From NCBI GenBank assembly GCA_001786365.1, contig MFWK01000001.1, forward strand, positions 1-35,039: a DNA stretch of 35,039 nt. Direction: 5' to 3'. Source of the DNA: Candidatus Nomurabacteria bacterium RIFOXYD2_FULL_35_12 (GTDB taxonomy: Bacteria > Patescibacteriota > Minisyncoccia > Phycocordibacterales > UBA9973). This document shows, piece after piece, positions 1-7,069 of this stretch (position 1 is the stretch's first letter; each line of letters begins with the position of its first letter). The position numbers and the translations under genes were made by a program. The notes beneath the pieces are model-generated. The model was not told the origin of the DNA. It made no database searches and saw nothing but the letters and a program-made list of their open reading frames with translations.

Positions 1-103
1 GATTGGTTTTTCAAAGATTAAAACATTAACATTTATTTCTCTTTCTTTTACTTTTAAATTTATGGGTATTATTTTTATTGGATTAATTGCAAGAGCTTTA
101 TAA
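1..103 (+). CDS. C-terminal end of a CDS that starts upstream of the window (hydrophobic tail), partial
   Basis: The frame of position 2 is open from the window edge to TAA 101-103 (...FISLSFTFKFMGIIFIGLIARAL*). No family can be assigned. Confidence 0.3.
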   Translation, partial: IGFSKIKTLTFISLSFTFKFMGIIFIGLIARAL

Positions 104-106
104 TAT

Positions 107-177
107 CGGGCCGTAGTATACCGGTCGTACGCATCCTTCGGGAGGATGTAGATTGGGTTCGATTCCCAGCGGCCCGA
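107..177 (+). tRNA. tRNA-Pro (anticodon CGG)
   Basis: Cloverleaf by eye: acceptor CGGGCCG/CGGCCCG plus discriminator A; anticodon arm CATCC-TTCGGGA-GGATG; T arm TTGGG-TTCGATT-CCCAG. No encoded CCA. Confidence 0.85.
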
Positions 178-215
178 CATTGCTTTGTTATTTTAACTGA
201 TTTATACTATTAAAT

Positions 216-515
216 ATGAAGAAAGTTATAAATGATACAAATAAAGAAATGAAGCATTACTTAGGTTTACTTAATGAAATGCATGGAGAAAATCTAAGGG
301 GAATTAGAGAGGGTTCTATAATTGTGAATAGAAAAATAGATAATATTACAGAAATTTTAGACAAGCATACAAAAATTCTAGATTCTCATACAGAAATGAT
401 AGGTGTTTTAATGGAAGATACTTCGGTAATAAAAAGTGACTTAAAAAGAAAAGTTGATTATGATGATTTCTTATCTTTAGTAAAAAGAGTTCAGAAAATA
501 GAGGCAAAAATTTAA
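216..515 (+). CDS. hypothetical protein, charged and helical (coiled-coil-like)
   Basis: 99-aa ORF with local AT-rich codon usage. No recognisable motif. Confidence 0.45.
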   Translation: MKKVINDTNKEMKHYLGLLNEMHGENLRGIREGSIIVNRKIDNITEILDKHTKILDSHTEMIGVLMEDTSVIKSDLKRKVDYDDFLSLVKRVQKIEAKI

Positions 516-772
516 TTATTTATTAAATTGTTTTTATCTGTAGCGGGTGGTCGCACTCACATAGGCACATATGTTGGAGTTTCGCCATCACCCGCTTCAA
601 ATGAAAACAATTTTTTTATTGACGAAAAATAAAAATAAAAAAGTTATCCACTTTTTTGCCAAAAAAGTATTGTGTTATGTTTTTATAAAGAAGATAATTA
701 AATTGTTCAAGCAATAGAAATTTTGGTCGCATTTTTATTGCTAACTAATTTAGTAAATAATTTTTAAACTCT

Positions 773-865
773 ATGGCAAAGAAAAAGAAAAAAGTAGCAA
801 AAAGAGGAAAGAGGCGAGCAGTAAAGAGAGGCAAGAGAAAGGTTTCACGAAGAAAGAAGCGATAA
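773..865 (+). CDS. possible 30-aa extremely basic peptide (MAKKKKKVAKRGKRRAVKRGKRKVSRRKKR)
   Basis: ATG 773 to TAA 863-865, read by hand; below the ORF-track cutoff. Followed by a strong terminator. No SD. The purine-rich low complexity could be non-coding. Confidence 0.25.
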   Translation: MAKKKKKVAKRGKRRAVKRGKRKVSRRKKR

Positions 866-876
866 ATTTCTTAATC

Positions 877-958
877 AAAAAAGGCGGAACTGAAATTTTT
901 CTGGGAGCAAAAAAGGGTCCAGTTGCTCCAGGCGAAAAACTTCAGTTCCGCCTTTTTT
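877..958 (+). terminator. compound stem-loop plus T-run upstream of secA
   Basis: AAAAAAGGCGGAACTGAA (877-894) pairs with TTCAGTTCCGCCTTTTTT (941-958). An inner helix CTGGGAGCAA/TTGCTCCAG is present. A T-run follows. Confidence 0.6.
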
Positions 959-974
959 GTGCTAATATATAAAA

Positions 975-3584
975 ATGTCTTTATTTAGCAAAATATTTGG
1001 TGATGAGAGCTCGAAATTCATCAAAAACACAACAAAAACAATAGCTAAAATCAATGCTTTAGAAGTTGATATTTCAAAGCTCGTAGATGCCGATTTTCCA
1101 AAGAAAACACAAGAATTCAAGGATAGGTTGGCAAAAGGGGAAAGTCTAGATTCTATTATGCCTGAAGCTTTTGCTTTGGTGCGAGAAGCAGCCAAGAGGA
1201 ATTTAAAAGAAAGGCATTATGATGTGCAGTTGATCGGAGGCCTTGCGCTCAATAGTGGAAAAATTGCAGAGATGCGAACTGGAGAAGGAAAAACTCTGGT
1301 GGCTGTTCTTCCGGCTTATTTAAATGCGCTTGAAGGCAAAGGTGTTCATATTGTTACGGTAAATGATTATCTTTCTCGCATTGGCGCAGTTTTGATGGGT
1401 CAAGTTTATAATTTCCTCGGACTTTCTGTTGGTGTCATTAATTCAAATAATGTTTCTTATTTATATGATTCTTTAGTAGAAGCTCCGACGCCCGAAGGGG
1501 TCGGAGTCCCGACCGCAAGCGTCGGGAAAGATAAAGAACGTGACACTGTTGGAGAATTTAAAATCGTTTATGATTTTTTGAAGCCGTGTTCTCGAAAAGA
1601 ATCTTACAGAGCGGATGTGACTTATGGGACAAATCACGAATACGGTTTTGATTATTTGCGCGACAATTTAGCTGTATCTGAAGAAGGAGTAGTGCAAAGG
1701 GGGCATCATTATGCGATTGTGGACGAGGTAGACTCTATTTTGATTGACGAAGCGCGAACCCCGCTCATCATTTCCAGTGCCGCCGGTGACTCGGAAGATT
1801 TTTATGTTAGATTTTATCAAATTGCTAAACAGTTGAAGAGAGATACTGATTACAAAGTTGATGAAAAGTTAAAAGCGATAACTTTGACGGATGTGGGTAT
1901 AACAAAAGCTGAACAGCTTTTGGGTGTAGACAATATTTATACGGAAAAAGGAATTAAATATGTTCACCATTTAGAAACAGCAGTAAAAGCCCAAGCTATT
2001 TTTGAAAAAGACAAAGACTATGTGGTAAAGGAAGGCGAAGTCATAATCGTGGATCCTTTTACTGGGCGCCTTCAGCCGGGTAGACGATGGTCCGAAGGAA
2101 TTCATCAAGCTATTGAGGCAAAGGAGGGAGTAAAAATTGAAAAGGAAACTCGTTCAAGCGGTTCTATCACTTTCCAGAATTATTTTAGATTTTATAAAAA
2201 ACTTTCCGGTATGACGGGTACAGCAGAAACTTCAGCGGAAGAGTTTTTGAAAGTTTATGGGCTCGATGTCATTGTTATTCCGACAAATCGTCCAGTGGTT
2301 CGTAAAGATCACAATGATTTAATTTTTCAGACAGAAAAAGGAAAATTCCAAGCGATAGCAAAAAAGGTCAAAGAATTAAATACAAAAGGTGTGCCTGTCC
2401 TGATCGGTACTATTTCAATTGAGAAAAATGAACTCTTGTCCGCTTATTTGCGTCAAGAAGGTGTGCCTCATGTCATTTTGAACGCTAAGAATCATGAAAA
2501 AGAAGGTGAGATTATCGCTCAAGCCGGTAAACGCGGAGCAGTGACTATAGCCACAAACATGGCTGGCCGTGGAATCGATATTAAGCTCGGAGGCAATCCT
2601 CTCGTAAAATCCGAATATGATTTTGTGAAAAGTGCCGGTGGGCTTTTTGTTTTAGGTACTGAAAGGCATGAAGCTAGAAGAATAGACAACCAGCTTCGCG
2701 GACGCTCTGGTAGGCAGGGGGATCCAGGTGAAACGCAGTTTTATGTTTCTCTTGAAGATGACTTAATGCGTGTTTTCGGATCGGAAAAAATACAAACGAT
2801 GATGGGACGTTTTGGCATACCAGAAGATCAGCCGATAGAAAACCGCTTTATTGGGCGCACGCTTGAGGGAGCGCAGGCAAAGATAGAAGGTTTTCATTTT
2901 GATGCTCGAAAAAATACTCTAGAATATGACGATGTGATGAATCATCAGCGTAAGATTATTTACGAAAGACGCAATGTGATGTTGCATTCAAAGAGGGAAG
3001 AAGTTGAAGATTTTCTTCAAGATATTATAAAGTGGAAAGAAAAAGTAGCTCCGACGCCCGAAAGGGTCGGAGTCCCGACTGTAAGCGTCGGGATTGAAGA
3101 AAAGAGAAAGAAATTAGGAGATGATGCGTTTTTTGAAGTTGTTCGTCGTATTGCTCTATACACTACAGACACATTGTGGATGGAACATTTGGAGGCGATG
3201 GATTATTTGCGTTCATCGGTAAATTTACGCGCTTATGGTCAGCGTGAACCGATCGTGGAATATAAAAAAGATGGTTTGATGATGTTTAAGCAAATGGAAG
3301 AAACGTTTAAAGAACAAGTTTGCTCTTTGATTGGCACCATCACAGAGCCGGCAAAAGCTGAAACTAATCAAATAAAACAAACTTTGGTGACTAGCCAGGA
3401 TAATGAGCAAAATGGCATGAAACCTGCCCGCAATGCTTCTAGCATAGCTGATGCAGGCGGGGATATTGGTCGAAATGATCCTTGTCCTTGCGGGGCGATA
3501 AATCCTGCGACTGGCGAGGTTTATAAATATAAAAAATGCGGACTCATCAATGCTCCACAACACAGGAAGTCATTAGTAAATTAA
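975..3584 (+). CDS. secA: preprotein translocase ATPase SecA
   Basis: 869 aa. MRTGEGKTL Walker A and DEVDSILIDEARTPLIIS DEAD-like motor motifs. TNMAGRGIDI and RGRSGRQGDPG present. Cys-rich C-terminal tail (CPCG...KYKKCG). Carries three in-frame G+C-rich insertions. Confidence 0.97.
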   Translation: MSLFSKIFGDESSKFIKNTTKTIAKINALEVDISKLVDADFPKKTQEFKDRLAKGESLDSIMPEAFALVREAAKRNLKERHYDVQLIGGLALNSGKIAEMRTGEGKTLVAVLPAYLNALEGKGVHIVTVNDYLSRIGAVLMGQVYNFLGLSVGVINSNNVSYLYDSLVEAPTPEGVGVPTASVGKDKERDTVGEFKIVYDFLKPCSRKESYRADVTYGTNHEYGFDYLRDNLAVSEEGVVQRGHHYAIVDEVDSILIDEARTPLIISSAAGDSEDFYVRFYQIAKQLKRDTDYKVDEKLKAITLTDVGITKAEQLLGVDNIYTEKGIKYVHHLETAVKAQAIFEKDKDYVVKEGEVIIVDPFTGRLQPGRRWSEGIHQAIEAKEGVKIEKETRSSGSITFQNYFRFYKKLSGMTGTAETSAEEFLKVYGLDVIVIPTNRPVVRKDHNDLIFQTEKGKFQAIAKKVKELNTKGVPVLIGTISIEKNELLSAYLRQEGVPHVILNAKNHEKEGEIIAQAGKRGAVTIATNMAGRGIDIKLGGNPLVKSEYDFVKSAGGLFVLGTERHEARRIDNQLRGRSGRQGDPGETQFYVSLEDDLMRVFGSEKIQTMMGRFGIPEDQPIENRFIGRTLEGAQAKIEGFHFDARKNTLEYDDVMNHQRKIIYERRNVMLHSKREEVEDFLQDIIKWKEKVAPTPERVGVPTVSVGIEEKRKKLGDDAFFEVVRRIALYTTDTLWMEHLEAMDYLRSSVNLRAYGQREPIVEYKKDGLMMFKQMEETFKEQVCSLIGTITEPAKAETNQIKQTLVTSQDNEQNGMKPARNASSIADAGGDIGRNDPCPCGAINPATGEVYKYKKCGLINAPQHRKSLVN
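1482..1527 (+). repeat. G+C-rich double-hairpin element, family A copy 1, in-frame in secA
   Basis: gctccgacgcccgaaggggtcggagtcccgaccgcaagcgtcggga. Two adjacent stem-loops. Translated APTPEGVGVPTASVG. Confidence 0.8.
3048..3093 (+). repeat. family A copy 2, in-frame in secA
   Basis: 43/46 nt identical to 1482-1527; the 3 differences fall in loop positions. Translated APTPERVGVPTVSVG. Confidence 0.8.
3420..3463 (+). repeat. G+C-rich hairpin element, family B copy 1, in-frame in secA
   Basis: aaacctgcccgcaatgcttctagcatagctgatgcaggcgggga. 42/44 identical to 28632-28675. Translated KPARNASSIADAGG. Confidence 0.8.
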
Positions 3585-3593
3585 AAAAATATT

Positions 3594-3821
3594 ATGACAA
3601 CAAATAAAATAAAAATTGGAAAATATCGGCATTTTAAAAATGAAGAGAAAGAATATCAAGTTCTCGGAGTAGCAAAACATTCTGAAACAGGAGAAGAATT
3701 AGTGGTTTACAAGAAACTTTATGATGATTATTCTATGTTCGTTCGTCCACTCGTTATGTTTATGGAAACTGTAGAATTTAACGGTCAAAAAGTTCCTAGG
3801 TTTGAGTATATTGGGGAGTAA
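3594..3821 (+). CDS. DUF1653-like small protein
   Basis: 75 aa. Pattern YRHFK...[26 protein letters not shown]...VRPL.MF...V...G..VPRFEY matches my recollection of DUF1653. Confidence 0.7.
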   Translation: MTTNKIKIGKYRHFKNEEKEYQVLGVAKHSETGEELVVYKKLYDDYSMFVRPLVMFMETVEFNGQKVPRFEYIGE

Positions 3822-3822
3822 T

Positions 3823-4350
3823 ATGAAAAATTTAGAAAATAAAATAGAACTAGCGAAGCCATCATTGGAACACAGAGACAGTTTTTTTGAAGCTGTTCGA
3901 GAATTTGAGGCTGAAGGGAAAAGTATTTATATGCATGGGGAGAAACCCAATGATGATTTTAACAAGGTTCTTGAAAAAATTAGAAATTATGAAAAGGGAA
4001 TAAATTTACCAGCAGATAGAGTTCCACAGACGGAATTGTGGCTGGTTGAAGGTAATAAATTTATCGGTTGGGTTAAGATTAGGCATCAGCTTAATGAAAA
4101 TTTACTTTTACAAGGTGGGCATATTGGTTATGCAATAAGGCCTTCGGAACGAAAAAAAGGTTATGGGACAAAGATTTTAGAATTAGCTTTATCTGTGGCG
4201 AAAAGTTTAGGAATAGAAAAAGCGTTATTGACTTGCGATGATGACAATTTTGGTTCGGGGAAAATTATAGAGAAAAATGGCGGTATTCTAGAAAATAAAG
4301 TAGATAACGATGGAAAACTTAAAAGGAGATATTGGATAGAGAATAAATAA
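3823..4350 (+). CDS. GNAT-family N-acetyltransferase
   Basis: Acetyl-CoA motif IRPSERKKGYGTKILELAL. Start moved to the internal ATG (MKNLENK...) so it does not overlap the preceding gene. Confidence 0.75.
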   Translation: MKNLENKIELAKPSLEHRDSFFEAVREFEAEGKSIYMHGEKPNDDFNKVLEKIRNYEKGINLPADRVPQTELWLVEGNKFIGWVKIRHQLNENLLLQGGHIGYAIRPSERKKGYGTKILELALSVAKSLGIEKALLTCDDDNFGSGKIIEKNGGILENKVDNDGKLKRRYWIENK

Positions 4351-4415
4351 AATAAAAGAACTTTATTAGCAACAAGATTTTCAAAATAATATTTTTAACG
4401 AAAATTACTTAATTA

Positions 4416-4449
4416 CTATAAAATAATGCGGTCGTCTTATTTTGTAGTA
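4416..4449 (+). repeat. 34-nt hairpin repeat, copy 1 (candidate operator)
   Basis: ctataaaataatgcggtcgtcttattttgtagta. 12-bp AT arms around the loop tgcggtcgtc. Its 3' end overlaps TATAAT 4448-4453, 6 nt before ATG 4460. Confidence 0.75.
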
Positions 4450-4459
4450 TAATAGATTT

Positions 4460-5011
4460 ATGCAAGATAGGATAGATTTAAAGAGAATTATTTTAACAAC
4501 AGTTGCCACTGCTGGAATCTTAGCAATTGCAGTGCTTGCACCGAATGTTTTACAGGTTTTGAAGCCATTTCTTAAAAAGAAAAAACGATATAACTTTAAA
4601 TATTATTTAAATCAAAAAGCAAGAAAACTATTGAAAGATGGTTTGCTTAAAATAGATACAGAAAACGGAAAACAACTCCTTTCATTGACTAAAAAAGGGG
4701 AGCGAAAATTGCTTTATTATCAAATTAAAGAGAAGGAGATACCAAAATGGGATGGGAAATGGAGAGTAGTTACCTTTGATGTGTGGGAAAGTGCTAGGTC
4801 TAAGAGAAATATTTTACGAAACGAAATAAAAGATTTTGGTTTTATTCAATTACAGCGAAGCGTTTGGATTTTTCCTTATGAATGTTCTGAATTTATAGAG
4901 CTTTTGAAGACAGACTTATCTTTTGGTAAAAATATAAGATATATGGTGGTTGAAAACTTAGATCATGACGAGAATCTTATAAAATATTTTGGTTTGAAAT
5001 TGTCTCCTTAA
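4460..5011 (+). CDS. membrane-anchored PaaX-like (Cas2-fold-like) putative transcriptional regulator
   Basis: N-terminal TM helix. C-terminal WDGKWRVVTFDV...R..LR..IKDFGF..LQRSVWIFPY resembles the PaaX C-terminal pattern as I recall it. Confidence 0.5.
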   Translation: MQDRIDLKRIILTTVATAGILAIAVLAPNVLQVLKPFLKKKKRYNFKYYLNQKARKLLKDGLLKIDTENGKQLLSLTKKGERKLLYYQIKEKEIPKWDGKWRVVTFDVWESARSKRNILRNEIKDFGFIQLQRSVWIFPYECSEFIELLKTDLSFGKNIRYMVVENLDHDENLIKYFGLKLSP

Positions 5012-5029
5012 TCTTAATTTTCTTTAATG

Positions 5030-5063
5030 CTATAAAATAATGCGGTCGTCTTATTTTGTAGTA
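5030..5063 (+). repeat. 34-nt hairpin repeat, copy 2
   Basis: 34/34 identical to 4416-4449. Lies 18 nt after the stop of 4460-5011 and 45 nt before ATG 5109. Confidence 0.75.
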
Positions 5064-5108
5064 ATGATGGTTTTGTGGTAATGTTTGAATATGTAGGGGA
5101 ATAATTTT

Positions 5109-5504
5109 ATGAGACAACTAACATTTAGATTAAAACCGAATCAGTTATTAAAAGAAGAGATTGAAAAAAGAGCTCAAGACATCAGGGCTGGGGTACTATT
5201 AGCGATTGTCGGGTCTCTTGAAAATGCAAATCTAAGAATGGCTGGTGCGACTTCCGGTAATCAGGTTGTAAAAAATTTTAAAGGACCGTTTGAAATTGTA
5301 GCTGGCACAGGAACAATTTCTCAAGACGGTTGCCATATTCATATTTCAGTTTCTGATAAAGAAGGAAAAGTAATTGGAGGTCATTTAAAAGATGGATGTA
5401 AAATAATCACAACAGCAGAAATTGTATTGGGAGTATTTGATGATGTTTCCTATAAAAGGGTTTATGATAAAGACACTGGTTTTAAGGAATTAACATCAGA
5501 ATAA
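5109..5504 (+). CDS. PPC (DUF296) domain protein
   Basis: 131 aa. G.lE..sl.G.....dG..H.H.s.sd..G...GGHL pattern (FEIVAGTGTISQDGCHIHISVSDKEGKVIGGHL). Confidence 0.7.
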   Translation: MRQLTFRLKPNQLLKEEIEKRAQDIRAGVLLAIVGSLENANLRMAGATSGNQVVKNFKGPFEIVAGTGTISQDGCHIHISVSDKEGKVIGGHLKDGCKIITTAEIVLGVFDDVSYKRVYDKDTGFKELTSE

Positions 5505-5508
5505 TTTT

Positions 5509-5841
5509 ATGATTTTTCAGATATTAAAAATTAAGAAGATGGCGAGTGAGGCGACGGATAATCCGGGGAAATTTACAAGTGGGCAGATAAGGGAATTATT
5601 TGTGAGTATGTTAATTGCACCATTGCTTTTTGTTTTATTTCTTTTTGTAATATTTTTTATTTTAGGATTTACTACTTTACTCGGTGGGCCTTTTTTGTTT
5701 TTTAAATTTCTTTTTTGGATATCTTTTATAATTGTATTGAGTATCTTTTATTTTTTAATAAAAATATATCAGCTCATTAGATCTTTGACGAAAGGCGCTG
5801 TCGAGAGTACTTTAAAAGTAGAATCAAAAATCATAGAATAA
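5509..5841 (+). CDS. hypothetical membrane protein (2-3 TM)
   Basis: 110-aa ORF with F/L/I-rich helices, tightly packed between neighbours. Confidence 0.5.
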   Translation: MIFQILKIKKMASEATDNPGKFTSGQIRELFVSMLIAPLLFVLFLFVIFFILGFTTLLGGPFLFFKFLFWISFIIVLSIFYFLIKIYQLIRSLTKGAVESTLKVESKIIE

Positions 5842-5842
5842 T

Positions 5843-7069
5843 ATGCTGAAAAATTTAAAATTAAAGAGGCGGATTATTGCGGCTCTGGCAAGGATGCATT
5901 TTTTTGGCAATCCGTCAGCAAAGATGAAAATCATCGGAGTGACAGGTACAAATGGCAAGACGACGACGGCCACGCTTCTTTATAGGGTTACAAAAGCACT
6001 TGGTTTCAAGGCTGGGCTTATCAGCACTGTAGAAAATATTATTGATGGGAAAGTCGTTGTCGCTCCAGTGGGCAGGGCTGTTCCGGGCACGACTCCAGAC
6101 CCTATAAATTTACATAAATTATTAAATGAAATGGTGGAGGGGGGATGTGAATATGTTTTTATGGAAGTTTCTTCGCATGCTTTAGACCAAAACAGGGTAG
6201 CTGGCATAAATTTTGCTGGTGGAATTTTTACGAATCTGACTCATGATCATCTGGATTATCACAAGAATTTTTATAATTATTTTGAAGCAAAAAAGAAGTT
6301 TTTTAAGATGTTGCCTGCGTCTGCTTTTGCACTTTCTAATGCCGATGATTCATATGGATTGAAAATGTTGGAAGGAATCAAAGCAAGAAAATATACTTAT
6401 GGCCTAAAAAATCAGGGGAATAAGGCTGATTTTAATGAGAGAATTAATACGAGACTTTTAGGAGAATTTAATGCATACAATGTTCTTGCCGTCTCGAGTG
6501 TTTGTTTTTTGCTTGGTTTTGATATGCCTAGAGTAAATAAAATCTTGGAGACCATAGATCCGCCAAAGGGGCGCTTTGAACATTTCACATCTAAGAATGG
6601 TGTTTTAGTTATAGTCGATTATGCGCATACGCCTGATGCGCTCCAAAATGTTTTGAAAACAACAAAAGATATAATCCCGACCAAAGTCGGGACTCCGATA
6701 AAGGTCGGAGAAAAGGGTAAAATTATTTCTGTATTTGGTTGTGGGGGAGACCGTGATCCTTTAAAGCGAAGTGTGATGGGTAAAATAGGAGCGGAATTAT
6801 CTGATATAGCTATTTTTACATCTGATAATCCTCGTAGTGAAAACCCTGATGAAATAATTTCTCAAATGAAAAAAGATTTGACTACATTATTGCTTAAAAA
6901 AATAAGAACAATAGCAAATAGGCATGAGGCAATAATTGAAGCGGTAAAATTGGCTCAAAAAGGGGACATCATTCTCTGCGCTGGCAAAGGTCATGAAAAT
7001 TATCAGGAAATAAAAGGTGTAAAGCATCATTTTGACGATATGGAGGAATTTAAAAAAGTTTATGATTGA
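5843..7069 (+). CDS. murE: UDP-N-acetylmuramoyl-L-alanyl-D-glutamate--2,6-diaminopimelate ligase (short N-terminus)
   Basis: GVTGTNGKTTTA P-loop, DYAHTPDAL, FGCGGDRD and DNPR motifs. Confidence 0.9.
   Translation: MLKNLKLKRRIIAALARMHFFGNPSAKMKIIGVTGTNGKTTTATLLYRVTKALGFKAGLISTVENIIDGKVVVAPVGRAVPGTTPDPINLHKLLNEMVEGGCEYVFMEVSSHALDQNRVAGINFAGGIFTNLTHDHLDYHKNFYNYFEAKKKFFKMLPASAFALSNADDSYGLKMLEGIKARKYTYGLKNQGNKADFNERINTRLLGEFNAYNVLAVSSVCFLLGFDMPRVNKILETIDPPKGRFEHFTSKNGVLVIVDYAHTPDALQNVLKTTKDIIPTKVGTPIKVGEKGKIISVFGCGGDRDPLKRSVMGKIGAELSDIAIFTSDNPRSENPDEIISQMKKDLTTLLLKKIRTIANRHEAIIEAVKLAQKGDIILCAGKGHENYQEIKGVKHHFDDMEEFKKVYD
6675..6710 (+). repeat. family A-related element, reverse order, in-frame in murE
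   Basis: tcccgaccaaagtcgggactccgataaaggtcggag. Same TCCCGAC/GTCGGGA and CTCCGA/TCGGAG stems as in secA, but in reverse-complement order. Translated IPTKVGTPIKVG. Confidence 0.7.

Noticed and set aside
542-596. AGCGGGTG ... CACCCGCT inverted repeat after the 99-aa ORF as a distinct ncRNA.
   Set aside because: It has only an 8-bp closing helix with weak internal pairing and no similarity to the other element families. It is probably a loose terminator or another G+C-rich hairpin, and there is too little evidence to call it.
962-3563. Antisense ORFs inside secA (962-1195, 3225-3563), plus similar short antisense or out-of-frame ORFs inside murE, murD, murC, rpsA, gyrA, infB, clpB, typA, the solute-binding protein gene and others.
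   Set aside because: All are nested in confidently identified genes. They are short and have low-complexity, antisense-type composition.
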